Virus record (IMG/VR): IMGVR_UViG_3300025961_000410
Source of the DNA: an uncultured virus (IMG/VR IMGVR_UViG_3300025961_000410)
Lineage: Duplodnaviria; Heunggongvirae; Uroviricota; Caudoviricetes
Direction: 5' to 3' (one strand)
Length of the DNA: 64,000 nt
The position numbers and the translations under genes are program-made. The notes below the pieces were generated by a model. The model was not told where the DNA came from and did not search any database. It was given only the letters and a program-made list of their open reading frames with translations. This document shows, in pieces, positions 19,901 to 29,931 of this stretch. The number at the start of each line of letters is the position of its first letter. Position 1 is the stretch's first letter.

Positions 19901-21224
19901 CTGCGTGTATAATTTTTAGCCGAAGACTGTCTGCAGGCCCTGTAGATGGGCCAGTCATTAAGAATACTGTATTTGTCGCTACAAAAGCAACCTGACGTGC
20001 ACCTAAAGTCCAGTCCACCAACTGTGTAACACCAGTTGGTATATTCACCTCAGGTAGGAATTGTATTCCCTTAACACCGAAAACATTTGCATCATCTCCG
20101 AGATATACTAAGCTACCTTGCAGTGAAACCCCAGATGAACCAGTCCACCTCGCTATTGCTTTATTAGGTGCTGTAGCTGGTCCTACTACGTTACCAGCAC
20201 CACTACCAGCGGGTCCTTGGATGCCTTGTGGACCAGTAGTTCCTGTAACACCCTGAGGTCCTGTGGCTCCTGCAGGACCAGTTGCACCCGTAACTCCAGC
20301 AGGGCCCGTTGGGCCAGTTGCCCCTGTTACCCCTGGAGATCCAGAACCAGCTGGTCCAGTTGCACCCGTAACTCCAGGATTGCCTTGAGTACCAGTAGCT
20401 CCCTGTGGTCCAGTTACACCTTGAATGCCTTGTGGACCAGTGGCTCCAGCAGGTCCAGTTGGGCCTGTAGCCCCAGTTACGCCCTGAATACCTTGAGCGC
20501 CTTGAGGTCCTGTAGCCCCTGTAACACCTTGAACCCCTGTAACACCCTGAGGTCCTGTAGCTCCAACTGGTCCCGTTGGTCCAGGGTTGCCAGTAGGGCC
20601 TTGAGGTCCTGTAGCTCCAGCTCCAGTCCCACCCCCGCCAGCTGGACCTGTCACTCCTTGAGGACCTTGAGGACCTGTTGCTCCAGTAACGCCTTGAGCT
20701 CCTTGAGGACCTGTAGCTCCCTGTGGTCCAGTTACACCAACACCTGTTCCCCCACCAGCTGGTCCTGTAACACCTTGAATGCCTTGAGGTCCTGTAGCTC
20801 CAACTGGTCCTGTAGCTCCAGTTACACCTTGAACCCCCGTAGAGCCTTGAGGTCCAGTAGCCCCTGTAACTCCCTGTGGTCCAGCTGGTCCTGTAGCTCC
20901 AGTAACACCTTGAGATCCTGTTGGTCCTTGGGTTCCAACGCTACCTTGAACTCCAGTTGCTCCTTGAGGACCAGTAGCACCGGTTACGCCTTGAGCGCCT
21001 TGAGGTCCAGTAGCACCATTCTGCCCTGATGGGCCCGTAGCACCCGTTACACCTGGTGTACCAGTCTGTCCTGCTGTGCCCGTTGGTCCAGGTAATCCTG
21101 TTGCTCCTCTTGGACCCGTTGATCCAGTAGCTCCAGCAGGACCTGTAGCTCCCTTAGTCCCTGTAGCTGAAGGCTCATTTACTAAATCGAGCTTTCCTGT
21201 TAGCGCATTAAATACGAATTTCAT
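16974..21224 (-). CDS. Collagen-like fibre protein (Gly-[11 protein letters not shown] rich) with interspersed globular domains
   Basis: Several long G-X-Y runs separated by non-collagen domains; 1416 aa. Confidence 0.9.
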   Translation of the reverse strand: MKFVFNALTGKLDLVNEPSATGTKGATGPAGATGSTGPRGATGLPGPTGTAGQTGTPGVTGATGPSGQNGATGPQGAQGVTGATGPQGATGVQGSVGTQGPTGSQGVTGATGPAGPQGVTGATGPQGSTGVQGVTGATGPVGATGPQGIQGVTGPAGGGTGVGVTGPQGATGPQGAQGVTGATGPQGPQGVTGPAGGGGTGAGATGPQGPTGNPGPTGPVGATGPQGVTGVQGVTGATGPQGAQGIQGVTGATGPTGPAGATGPQGIQGVTGPQGATGTQGNPGVTGATGPAGSGSPGVTGATGPTGPAGVTGATGPAGATGPQGVTGTTGPQGIQGPAGSGAGNVVGPATAPNKAIARWTGSSGVSLQGSLVYLGDDANVFGVKGIQFLPEVNIPTGVTQLVDWTLGARQVAFVATNTVFLMTGPSTGPADSLRLKIIHAASGVNAVWPSNILWKDSVTPTLSVPSGSKDLIQFENDGNIPSQTYWAWPGVNFGTGGSGVAGVTGPQGVTGATGPQGVTGATGPQGAQGNQGVTGATGPQGAQGNQGVTGATGLQGNQGVTGATGPQGNQGVTGVQGATGPQGNQGVTGATGPAGSTGATGATGPQGATGVQGATGPAGGGGSASGAALFPTSGALFNSVAHWGTAPYIKDSQVILDDVGNFTNVRSIQFNGATSGVGPVPVPTSIGTQTVDLTKGQKLRAWVSTDTTFRIIPPTGVGNYQLQITHLSDNINLFWPSSATGVVWQHNYIPSFNSASGSNDFVALIGDGSVVYGSLAPNFGASGPLPGAGATGPQGAQGVTGATGPQGATGVQGATGPTGARGVTGATGPQGVTGATGPQGNQGVTGPTGPQGVTGATGPQGNQGVTGATGPAGPQGATGVQGVTGPAGGGGSASGAAIAPTAGATFNSLARWGTAPSLKDSQIILDDVGNLTNVRSVQFNGATIGIGPVPVPTAIGTQTVDLTKGQKLRAWVSTDTTFRIIPPTGVGNYQLQITHLSDNINLFWPSSATGVVWQHNYVPSFSSASGANDFVALIGDGSVVYGSLAPNFGASGPLPGVGPTGPAGATGATGPAGATGAGIQGATGAAGPTGPAGVTGATGPQGATGPQGVTGPGAGATGPQGATGPTGPAGATGALPASINLPIGTASFTGISIPTVSSGTFTAVATSFANVTNKAVGNLIGLFIGQFSSTGLSTGLGAPVQARVVIDNIPGIPFTLSLQGVTGINAPITAQHVISSTNVGGHTAWIEVSKQGTSSRQVFVSGNLSLISLEAAIGATGATGPSGGPQGATGVQGVTGSTGPAGAQGATGPTGPAGATGPYVGTFNGTSYQLGTGDILFEAALLSGRDYFAMGVRTGLSEIHVPSGTGHGVGFIGNAATAPLGTVKPTGGILIWAYAATSYSNLYMMNGNGGITILG
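18055..19370 (-). repeat. Internal duplication of a ~170-aa globular domain in the collagen gene
   Basis: Two near-identical copies (approx. 18862-19370 and 18055-18565), both containing [63 protein letters not shown]. Confidence 0.9.
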
Positions 21225-21455
21225 TTAAGATCTCGTAACAGTACTAAGAACACCAGGTGATGCATATGTCAAAACTAAAGTAGCTACAACAGTACCTGCA
21301 GGCCCACCAACTCGATACTCCACTCCAGTAACATCATCACCTGTATATGATAACGAAACTGAGTCGTATGCCACATTAATTAAGTTTGCTATCTCTTTTA
21401 CATTGACATTGTCAGTGGAAAAAGATAGAACTCTGCCAATTAGTATTGCTGCCAT
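21225..21455 (-). CDS. Small structural protein
   Basis: 'YDSVSLSYTGDDVTGVEYR.GG..GTVVATLVLTY' beta pattern; abuts the collagen gene start. Confidence 0.55.
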   Translation of the reverse strand: MAAILIGRVLSFSTDNVNVKEIANLINVAYDSVSLSYTGDDVTGVEYRVGGPAGTVVATLVLTYASPGVLSTVTRS

Positions 21456-21458
21456 TTG

Positions 21459-22673
21459 TTAACCTGCAAAGAAGACATTTCTAAAAAGAGCGCCGTTAGG
21501 AGCGGCAGCCATCAAAGTATTAAGTCGATAACTAGGTCCTTGCTGAGTTAGCACTGTACCAGAGTTAACGAAATGGAGCTTAAATTGTGGGATAGTCTTA
21601 TCCAACCTCTGACTTAACCAATTTAGATGCTGCGCTAGAGCTGTTTGATGGTTAATAACAAAAGAGGTGCCCTGATCAGAATAACTCGGAACATCGGTAT
21701 CAATTGCATACAGAGTTTGGGACATTACTCCCCACAACAATGCAGATTCTACTAAGATGTTTCCAAATTCTCGGTAGGGAAAAGTCTCAAAAGAGAATTG
21801 AGGGTATGGTTGATACGCATTAATGCTTTGTAATCCACCAATTAGATACTGAAGCAGCATCGTATCAGTATACCCTAAGAAACATCCTTTGCTGGAATCA
21901 ACCAACTTGTTGGTCTTATCAATTAACAACCTCAGCTGAGGTATCATCTGATAAACAACTGAAGGGATTATATGAACAGATTGAACAGCTTCAGCTACTT
22001 CATAGCTTGAGTCTGGAGCTGAAGCTTTCCAGATAAAAAGCAAGGTTCCAGAACAAGTGCTCTCACCACTTCGATGATAACCATAAATTGGCCCTTGCGC
22101 TGTTAAACCTAACTGGGTTAAAACACCAGCAGAGGTACCAAAATCGTTTACCCAGATCTGGCCCTGATCACCCAGCTGCTTTGATTTCAGCTGAAGCTGG
22201 CCATTGTTATTAAACGCTACAACCTGACCAAAAAGCGGTCCGTAAACAGAATTAATTCTGGTAACAACCTGATCTAAAGTTTGATCTCCTGATTGAAAAA
22301 CGATTCTTTGAACTAGGTCATCAACTCTGATCTGTAAAGTCTCACCACCAACAAAATTCGTAGGATATACACCACCGCTAGCATTTATGTAAGCCTGCGC
22401 TGAGTAATCCCCCCATTCAATGTAGTAGCTTCCAACCTGATTTGGGGTTTTTATGATTCTGTGGAAAAACGGAGGAATTAAGGCCTGAAAGAAATCTTCA
22501 TGAAAGATTTTGCAGTCTCCCCAGAGAACGTCTAACGAGAGAGACGAGGCATCTACTGCATCCCCATTACAATCTAGCACAGTAATAAAGATTCGATTGG
22601 TGGAGCATCTCCTAACCACTCCAGGAGTTGCCACTGCAGATGGCATCGAACTTGTAGAATCACAACTGCTCAT
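21459..22673 (-). CDS. Probable head-tail adaptor/connector
   Basis: C-terminal helical 'LRLLIDK...YTDTMLLQYL...SINAY...YSDQGTSF' adaptor-like pattern; synteny. Confidence 0.5.
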   Translation of the reverse strand: MSSCDSTSSMPSAVATPGVVRRCSTNRIFITVLDCNGDAVDASSLSLDVLWGDCKIFHEDFFQALIPPFFHRIIKTPNQVGSYYIEWGDYSAQAYINASGGVYPTNFVGGETLQIRVDDLVQRIVFQSGDQTLDQVVTRINSVYGPLFGQVVAFNNNGQLQLKSKQLGDQGQIWVNDFGTSAGVLTQLGLTAQGPIYGYHRSGESTCSGTLLFIWKASAPDSSYEVAEAVQSVHIIPSVVYQMIPQLRLLIDKTNKLVDSSKGCFLGYTDTMLLQYLIGGLQSINAYQPYPQFSFETFPYREFGNILVESALLWGVMSQTLYAIDTDVPSYSDQGTSFVINHQTALAQHLNWLSQRLDKTIPQFKLHFVNSGTVLTQQGPSYRLNTLMAAAPNGALFRNVFFAG

Positions 22674-22946
22674 ACTGTACTCGTTGATCTGGAATCATCT
22701 GGGCAGCCTGTATCAGACGAACAGTAACAATTCTCACCAGCTGCTATTGTCATGCAGGCTAAATCTCTTGTGTCGATAGAACCCGAGCAAAAACCTGCTC
22801 CAATGTTTCCAATTCTCCACCAAGCACCTGGATTGAATCTCAAAACAGTAAACCCGCCAAATGAGGCTGATCTGGACCTTGAAATGATCATTTCGTAGTT
22901 TCTAAACCAGTCATTAGAAGGTTTTTAGTCTGTTCAGCTATACTAG

Positions 22947-23594
22947 CTAAACCCTACAAAATCCAATGTTATAGCTCTCTGTCACAATCCCTTTAGTTGC
23001 CTGCAATGTCATCACCAAAGGAACATTTCTTGGTAAAACATTGGCATTTGCAGAGAAAGAGAAAATCCCGTCTAAGGTATCTGCAGTATCAATGCCTAAA
23101 TCAAAGATTAGCTGACTTGAAGCATCTTTGATTTGAGCAGCTACAGAATTATAATCATTCACTCTCTGTCCACCAGACTCTATCCAGATAGCTGCTTTAA
23201 ATGTCACGCCATCGTCTGCTAGCACATGTCCTGGTCGGAGATCTGGAGTTAACGAAGTTGATTGGGTAGTGTAAACAGCATACTCTTCATCAATACCAAC
23301 TTGAACAGTTGTACTTGAATATCGTACAAGATATTCTTCGGGACTGCCACCTGCAACTGCTTGATCAAAATCAAAGTAGTAGGTTCCAGGTAGGTTGGTT
23401 GAATCTTCCTCAACCATAGTTAGTAACTGAACAAAAGAGCTCCATACTGATCCTGTCCAATATTTTGAATCAGATCGCCTTTTAATCAAGATTCTAGGAG
23501 TAGCCCCAGTAGCACCTGCACCAGCTCCATTCACCAACAGGAAATGAAATCTGGTATTTCTACCAACAGGGTAAAAGGTTGTTGCTGAACTCAT
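22947..23594 (-). CDS. Putative Ig-like virion protein
   Basis: Beta-rich; similar to 6573-7106. Confidence 0.45.
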   Translation of the reverse strand: MSSATTFYPVGRNTRFHFLLVNGAGAGATGATPRILIKRRSDSKYWTGSVWSSFVQLLTMVEEDSTNLPGTYYFDFDQAVAGGSPEEYLVRYSSTTVQVGIDEEYAVYTTQSTSLTPDLRPGHVLADDGVTFKAAIWIESGGQRVNDYNSVAAQIKDASSQLIFDLGIDTADTLDGIFSFSANANVLPRNVPLVMTLQATKGIVTESYNIGFCRV

Positions 23595-24688
23595 GGCTTA
23601 ACCAATACTGATATGATGTATGCAGGGTTGCTGCTGGGAGGCTTTGTGTGAATTGTCAAAGAAGTATCAGTATTCGAAACCCAAGTTAAGTCTGTTCCAG
23701 GTAAGTTACAGCTTAGTTGGACATTTTGTATAACAGTCCCAGCTGGCAATCTAGGTAGAGCTAATACAACATCTCTTTCACCAGCTAGGGCAGACTCATT
23801 TCTTTCGATGCTGATCTCACTAAGCTTGAATGTACCATTTCCACTTAATCCAGGTAAACCATAGCTCAGTGGCTGGTCATACTCAATTACTGCCAAGGAA
23901 CCTGACCCTGTATTTAAACTAGTCAGAACTTTTGTACACTTACAACGAACAATAGCAGAACCATCAGCAGTCACAGTATCACTAACAACCCCTTGAAGAA
24001 TAAGCTCTGATCCAGGATCTGTAGCATTATAACTAATGTCAGTCCATAACCCACCCTCTATATGATGTCCAGTATTGCTTCCATTTGTTGCAGTAATTGG
24101 ATCATATGAGATTACTATCGCTTCAGCAAACGTATAGTGACTACTTGATATCCTCACAGATGAACAGTTTACAAAAGTTGGTAGAGTTCCACGAGGAAGG
24201 GTATGAACTTCTAGGCCTACTAAGGTGTGCACACCTGAAACAGCACAATTCAAAAATGAGAGTTGTAAATCTCCCCCATTTTTTCCTGTGATATCTGCAA
24301 CTAGCTGGACATTCTGAAAGGCCAAGTTTGTTGGGCTAACTTCTTGCCAAGTCAGGCTAGAATCTGACCCATTTCTCAGAAGTGTATTTTCACCTACAAT
24401 TAATGTGTTGGTTGGTGGTATTCCGACAGTTTCTGACCAATTCCCTGCTGGAAGTCTAACAGTGGTAAAAGGATTGGCAGTTGCAAAAGTGAAAGCTTTA
24501 ACTAAGGTCTTCCAGGGATTTCCTTGAGAACCATCCCCTTTAACATCATCACCTTGATCATCAACCCAAATTTCATTGGCAGGCTTAACTAAACCGACAA
24601 CCCCTAATTGGTTGATAACACCAACCCCAAGCTGTGCCACACCGGGTTGGGTAATACTAGCTGTTGGAAACCCTCTAACCTGTCCCAT
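23591..24688 (-). CDS. Putative beta-helix/spike-like virion protein
   Basis: IWVDDQGDD..GDGSQGNPWKTLVKA...LPAGNWSE, the N-terminal motif typical of right-handed beta-helix proteins. Confidence 0.55.
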   Translation of the reverse strand: MGQVRGFPTASITQPGVAQLGVGVINQLGVVGLVKPANEIWVDDQGDDVKGDGSQGNPWKTLVKAFTFATANPFTTVRLPAGNWSETVGIPPTNTLIVGENTLLRNGSDSSLTWQEVSPTNLAFQNVQLVADITGKNGGDLQLSFLNCAVSGVHTLVGLEVHTLPRGTLPTFVNCSSVRISSSHYTFAEAIVISYDPITATNGSNTGHHIEGGLWTDISYNATDPGSELILQGVVSDTVTADGSAIVRCKCTKVLTSLNTGSGSLAVIEYDQPLSYGLPGLSGNGTFKLSEISIERNESALAGERDVVLALPRLPAGTVIQNVQLSCNLPGTDLTWVSNTDTSLTIHTKPPSSNPAYIISVLVKP

Positions 24689-25389
24689 TATTCAGCTTGA
24701 ACCTTAGCAATAGGCAATTTGATAGGTATCTCAATTGATTTACCTACGGTAGGTGAACTAGAGGTAGCAGGCTTTGGCCTAATTACCAGTTTTGCTTGGT
24801 TCTGTCTGTCAGAGACTATACTGATATCCTGCTTCTCCGCTTTGATTTCCTGTACATCTTCAGCAGTCTTTTTAGTACTAGTGGCAGTTTGATTTGCAGA
24901 TTTCACTAACTGAGAAATTGCTACAAGCTCATTCGATGACTTTGCTTCTAAATCAGCCATCTTGTTAAACATTTGAGTTAATGTTCGAAGCATGAGCAGC
25001 TGGGCTAAAAAAGTTACAGACATCAATAGTACAGCTACCCAAACTAACTTTAGCTGCCGATGTGCATGGGTTGATAAACCTGTAAGTCTACCCAACACCG
25101 TTAGCATCACGTCGACAATATCCTCTACCGAAGACGAAAGGACATTACTAGCTTCTTGCAGTTCAAGGACACTTTGACGATCACCTTCGGTCATAGGTGG
25201 ATCTTCGACAATATCAATCTTCATCTGTGGTGGGTCAGATTTGATTTTAGGGGGATTCGATCTACGGAATTCAATCTTTCCAGCCACCAGCTCTTCTTCT
25301 TTGCCTTGCAAAGCTTCGTCTAATTTTAGACGATACTCACCTGAAATTCCAGAAGGTTTAGGAGGTGGATGAAAGCCGTTTTCGGACAT
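24688..25389 (-). CDS. Membrane-anchored coiled-coil protein (lysis region)
   Basis: One hydrophobic segment (LVWVAVLLMSVTFLAQLLML) followed by coiled coil. Confidence 0.45.
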   Translation of the reverse strand: MSENGFHPPPKPSGISGEYRLKLDEALQGKEEELVAGKIEFRRSNPPKIKSDPPQMKIDIVEDPPMTEGDRQSVLELQEASNVLSSSVEDIVDVMLTVLGRLTGLSTHAHRQLKLVWVAVLLMSVTFLAQLLMLRTLTQMFNKMADLEAKSSNELVAISQLVKSANQTATSTKKTAEDVQEIKAEKQDISIVSDRQNQAKLVIRPKPATSSSPTVGKSIEIPIKLPIAKVQAE

Positions 25390-25564
25390 GAGTTCCTCTA
25401 GCTGCTAATTCGTTAGCTCTAATCTTTATATTGTTTCTTGCGTGAATTAGCTTCGAAGCTTCTTCTAGCTCGTCTGATTTTTTAAGAACTGTTTCTAAGT
25501 TTTGACGAAAAGCTGCTTCTTGATCTTTTGGGTATTTACCAAAAAGTCTTTTCCACCATTTCAT
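25358..25564 (-). CDS. Hypothetical protein
   Basis: 68 aa, ATGA-coupled to the upstream gene. Confidence 0.45.
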   Translation of the reverse strand: MKWWKRLFGKYPKDQEAAFRQNLETVLKKSDELEEASKLIHARNNIKIRANELAARGTHVRKRLSSTS

Positions 25565-25938
25565 GATCCGGTCCCCTTACGACGGATCTCGATTTCAAGA
25601 TCTTTTTGACGCTCAGCTAAGCTATCCACTGCTACTCGAAGTGCATCGTCTGTTCTGATTGACTCTGTAAACAGCTTACTAACCTGGTCGTTGACCTTCA
25701 ATAAGGCCGCGCCCATTTCTTTTTGGTCAGACAGCCTATCATCTTTTGCTTTTAACCACCCTTTAATCGCAAAAAATAGTGCCACCATCAAGATAAACGC
25801 CAGTGTACCGAGAACCCCCTTATCTAGGAGATTCTCGGCAGCACTGGGTAATTTATCTACAGGCACTTCAGACTGTGGGAGGCTGAGTTGGAGCAACAGA
25901 ATCGTCTTTCTTGGGGTCGGGATCTGGCACCCCAACAA
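25561..25938 (-). CDS. Single-TM holin-like protein (true start probably downstream of 25938)
   Basis: GVLGTLAFILMVALFFAIKGW transmembrane segment followed by coiled coil. Confidence 0.45.
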   Translation of the reverse strand: MLGCQIPTPRKTILLLQLSLPQSEVPVDKLPSAAENLLDKGVLGTLAFILMVALFFAIKGWLKAKDDRLSDQKEMGAALLKVNDQVSKLFTESIRTDDALRVAVDSLAERQKDLEIEIRRKGTGS

Positions 25939-26344
25939 CTACTTCTGCTTTTTCATCATTTGCTTTGGAAGTGTCAACAACAATCTTAGAAGCATCAGAT
26001 GGATTGAGTGGCAGAAAATGCTGTCCAATCAATTCCCAGAATGCAACAGCTGTAGTACCAGCAGTCAGACCATGAAGGATAGCCAACCCCCAACTTTGAC
26101 CTGCAAACACATTAGCAGCACCTGCTGCTAATACACCACCAATGACTGCAACCCACCCTCTCAACTTAACTGGAATCCGGTCATCAATAACTGGAATATG
26201 GGTTGAAGCCCATACCACCAACATGATGAATCCACCTACAGCTAAGCTGTAATTACCATTCTTGATCTGATCAAGAATCCAATCAATTAGAGCTGAACCA
26301 CCGTCAGGTGGGGTGATAAGACTGAGAAGTAACAATGTTAGCAT
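25868..26344 (-). CDS. Holin-like multi-pass membrane protein
   Basis: About three hydrophobic helices and a charged C-terminus; close to the candidate endolysin. Confidence 0.55.
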   Translation of the reverse strand: MLTLLLLSLITPPDGGSALIDWILDQIKNGNYSLAVGGFIMLVVWASTHIPVIDDRIPVKLRGWVAVIGGVLAAGAANVFAGQSWGLAILHGLTAGTTAVAFWELIGQHFLPLNPSDASKIVVDTSKANDEKAEVVVGVPDPDPKKDDSVAPTQPPTV

Positions 26345-26345
26345 T

Positions 26346-26789
26346 TTATAACCTGTTGACCTTAGCAGACCATTCAGCTACAAGCTGAACAGCACCTGCT
26401 GATGTGTTTGTGACTCTAGCAAAGACACTCATCGGAGTAATCTGAAGCTTAGGATCAGTTTCAGTATAAGTAGAACTGGTAGCACCTGCTACCAGATGCT
26501 TGAAAGACTTGAATGTATTTGCAGTAGCTGGAAGAATAAGATTAGGTTCTCCAGCTTGTGGAAAAAGAGGTAGGACGATCTTATTTCCAGCAAAGGCAGT
26601 AGCAGATCCAACAGAGTCACCACCAATGAACAACTGAACAGAACCAGTTGGTAATGAAATGTGACCTGGAGCATAAACGACAAGTGAAACATATTGTAAT
26701 GCTTCATCTGTTTGTAGAGGTACGTCAATAACTGCGTTACCTCCGGTTGCTGCTAACTCTATGAAAAAACCTTGCCGAAAAGTATACAT
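26346..26789 (-). CDS. Hypothetical (possibly structural) protein
   Basis: 147-aa beta-rich ORF with GTAGGA upstream. Confidence 0.5.
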   Translation of the reverse strand: MYTFRQGFFIELAATGGNAVIDVPLQTDEALQYVSLVVYAPGHISLPTGSVQLFIGGDSVGSATAFAGNKIVLPLFPQAGEPNLILPATANTFKSFKHLVAGATSSTYTETDPKLQITPMSVFARVTNTSAGAVQLVAEWSAKVNRL

Positions 26790-26805
26790 CGTCCTACCTA
26801 TCTAA

Positions 26806-27705
26806 TTACGCTTCAGTTGAGTCTTCAGCACCGTCCGAAGTGTCTTCATTCATCTTAGCTAAGCGAGCCTTAGCCCAGTTCTTGACAGACTTCCAATACC
26901 CATGAGATCGCAGGTATTCATAGTCATCAATCTTAAGCTCACTCTCGACTGTTTCCAGTTCAGAGAGCATCTCATTAGCCTTCATCTTCTCACTGTCTTT
27001 GATATCGCTATGGACTTGAGTGCAAAGATGGAGAACTCTCGAGTTAATAACCTCGTCTGAAGAAACTGAATCGAAAGCTCTAACTTCCTTCTTAGGGTCG
27101 CTCAAGCTTCGACCATCACTAAGAACTTCATGAATGGGCTGAGGCTTATCGTCAGTTGTATAAGCGGTCTTGTGAACTAACCCAAGACGCTCTTGCTCTG
27201 CTTTATCAATGGCCTCTTCAGCAGATTTAACACCCCAAGCTCCAGCCTTTCGTTCATAGTACTCTACAAATTCTTCCTCAGAAAGAATTTGTAAGACAGG
27301 AGGACGACGATTCAACATCTTTCGAAAAGCAGGGGATCCCTTGACTGCATTAAAAGGGATATGCTGCGTAATATTGACTGGGTTTCTAGTTGCCTTAAGC
27401 AAGAACCCTTCGCTATGCCCAGGAGAAGTCTCAAACTCTAGCGACACTTGGCTAGTTGAGATGTTCTGAACATAAATATCACCCTCTTTTTCGAAGAACT
27501 TCGTCCAATTCGTAATAGGCATTGTCGGTAACTTTCTCTGCTCTGGTGCCACCATGCGCTTTAATTGTATGGTCGGTGGGTCACCATTTTTCCATGCAGC
27601 TTTACCTTCTTTTACTAACAACCTAGCCCTAGCAGGGTGGCAGTTGTTTAAGAAGGCTTCACTAGCATCTAAAACAGTGACAGTATTGCTCGGATCAGAG
27701 GACAC
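26806..27705 (-). CDS. RRXRR/PLMP-like N-terminal domain fused to an unknown domain
   Basis: VTVLDASEAFLNNCHPARARLLVKEGKAAW...TIQLK matches the RRXRR pattern; no RuvC or HNH motifs follow. Confidence 0.65.
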   Translation of the reverse strand: MSSDPSNTVTVLDASEAFLNNCHPARARLLVKEGKAAWKNGDPPTIQLKRMVAPEQRKLPTMPITNWTKFFEKEGDIYVQNISTSQVSLEFETSPGHSEGFLLKATRNPVNITQHIPFNAVKGSPAFRKMLNRRPPVLQILSEEEFVEYYERKAGAWGVKSAEEAIDKAEQERLGLVHKTAYTTDDKPQPIHEVLSDGRSLSDPKKEVRAFDSVSSDEVINSRVLHLCTQVHSDIKDSEKMKANEMLSELETVESELKIDDYEYLRSHGYWKSVKNWAKARLAKMNEDTSDGAEDSTEA

Positions 27706-27919
27706 CAGTTTGAACCATGTTTAGGTTCGGGTTCGATCCCACCTCCTACTCAAGACCATTCTTGAGTAGGGTTAAGAAAGCAAGCTAATATGCTCATGAG
27801 TTTATGATGTAATCTGACGAAGCAAACATGACAATAGCCATCTTGACTTTACCTTAGGCGGAAAACCTTTGGTTAGCTAAGATGGCTAATCAGGTTCAAA
27901 ACTGTGCTACGTCAGGTTA

Positions 27920-28510
27920 TCAATCGTCTGGATATGCCTCATTGATATCAGACCCTGCTGGGACAACCTCAATTCCAAGAAGGTCTGGATCAATGTATGC
28001 AACTAGTGGTCTGTTGTTGTTTAACCAGATGTTGCTGGGTCCTGACATTCCTAATGCATTACCAACTCTTCCACCTCCACCATGAATTGCATTACCGTGC
28101 TCATCAGGTTTTGACAACAACCACTCCACGTGATCATTGTTGGTTCCTTCAGTGTTGTAATGAAGTAAGCTGCCTACTGGTGGGATGACCCCTTTTGAAT
28201 TTCGAACATCCCTCAATGCGCCCAGATCATAACCAATCTTCAAGCACCAAGAGATTGCAGCTCCACTTACATAATGCTTGTCTAGCAAGGCATGCTGAAC
28301 ACCTGCCAAAGCCATAATGCCCAAGGCACTTGTTCCACAGTTGGTAGCAATGGTTACTACAACCTCAGGGTTATCAACTTCTCGAGAAACAAGTTTTCCC
28401 AGCTCTGATCTACGGTTGGTTAGAGAGCAACCAACAAAATGTTTGAAAAGTCTGACGATCTTCTCTCCAGGCTGTTCACCTGGAAGAGAATTGATTGTTG
28501 CTTTTGGCAC
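27920..28510 (-). CDS. CHAP/NlpC-P60-like Cys-His amidase, candidate endolysin
   Basis: TNCGTSALG (Cys), PPVGSLLHY...DHVEWLL (His), GGG; near holin-like genes. Confidence 0.5.
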   Translation of the reverse strand: MPKATINSLPGEQPGEKIVRLFKHFVGCSLTNRRSELGKLVSREVDNPEVVVTIATNCGTSALGIMALAGVQHALLDKHYVSGAAISWCLKIGYDLGALRDVRNSKGVIPPVGSLLHYNTEGTNNDHVEWLLSKPDEHGNAIHGGGGRVGNALGMSGPSNIWLNNNRPLVAYIDPDLLGIEVVPAGSDINEAYPDD

Positions 28511-29894
28511 TTCATCACCTCTTGCTTAAATAAAAAGACGCAACCATGAGAACTGCTAAAAATACACCCAAAGCGATAAAGTCGACTAGGTTATCTCTTA
28601 TGGTAGATTCAACTGGCTCAGTATTGACAGGTTTTTGTTCAAGAGATTTAGTTCGAGGTGGTTCTGGACTACGGTACCCTTTACCTCGATTGTAGTAATT
28701 CATATCTGATTTTACCTACCTACTCAATTTTCGTTCTGTTTTTGAAGTCAACTCTGATGATGTTGTGTGCATCAAACGCTGCTAAAAATAAATTGAAGGC
28801 TTGGTCACGCTCTTCTGTTGTAAGCTTCCGAAATGACTCAATCAATCTCTGGAGATTTTTGAATTGATTTTCTTGTTCTGAGATATGGTTTAAAGCAATC
28901 TGGTATTCCTTTGAATATTGCTTCAAAGCCATTTTGAGAATTCGTTCTCTGGTTTCAACCTGTTCAATAGGGCTCCAAACCCCCATGAACATGCCTTCGA
29001 CTTTGAAGTCTAGACCATCCTCTGTCACACGAAACCCGACATGGTTCTGCAGAGTTTCAAATATGATTTTCATTTTTCTTTCCGGGAATCAACCCAGACC
29101 ACTTACATTCAGAGCATCCATAACCACCACAAAATTCGTGATCATGCGTTGGCATCATCTGAAGCGGAATGGTCTTAAACTTCTCTTTCAGCTGATTAGC
29201 AACCTGGATTCGTAAGGTGGAAATGTCTTGGGTAAACTTTCCACCAGAAATCGTGATAATACCTGACCGAAACCCCGAACTTGTCAGATAATTATGCACT
29301 ACTTGACAGCTGGGTTCGTCGTAAAATCTACGGTTGAGGTAACCACAAATTTGATTAATGCACCATTGTGGATCTTTGATCCACCTACCAACAAGACTGG
29401 CTCGAACTTCTTGCCATTCAGAATCAGATCTGCAGAGGTCTACGATCCTACGTTGTTTTCTTGGTTTACTCTGGATTTTTTCAGAAATCATCTTCAACCA
29501 ACTTGGTAACTACAAGAGCTTCTTTTGCTAATTCTGCAGCGTCTTTAGGTTCAAGAATCCCTTCAGCGATAGCCTTCAGAGTATCCTGCATTAGCAATGG
29601 AATTGCCCACTGTCGATCCAACCTACCCATAGATTTGATCATTCGAATTCTGCTACGAATTGTTGCAACGTTTATCATTCAAATTCCTAACTGCTTCTTC
29701 AGAGCTAGGTGGAGGATTTTTGCGATTTCCTTACCGTTTTCTACCTTCTTAAAAGGTTTTGGACTATGGTCGAATCTCATTCGAGATTCAAGCCAGTCTT
29801 CAGAAGCTCTGCGCTCAACCTCAAGATTTCCAGAACGGTTAACAACTCGGTAAGACTTACCATTGATCGGATCTGACTCAAATACTACTCTGTC

Positions 29895-29931
29895 CATACA
29901 AACATCATAATAATGAATTTCAAGAAATCAA
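29895..29931 (-). promoter_or_regulatory. Leaderless sigma70-type promoter, copy 1
   Basis: TTGATT-N16-TATGAT-GTTTGT-ATG; the ATG starts ORF 29679-29897. Confidence 0.8.

Noticed and set aside
17235..21029. Ser/Cys-rich plus-strand ORFs and DNA tandem repeats
   Set aside because: By-products of the G-X-Y collagen coding repeat; not CRISPR and not separate genes.
26806..27705. IscB/OMEGA nuclease
   Set aside because: Only the N-terminal RRXRR-like part is present; RuvC and HNH motifs are missing.
27729..27740. GGGTTCGATCCC T-loop-like sequence on the plus strand
   Set aside because: I could not fold an acceptor stem, D arm or anticodon arm around it; not called as a tRNA.
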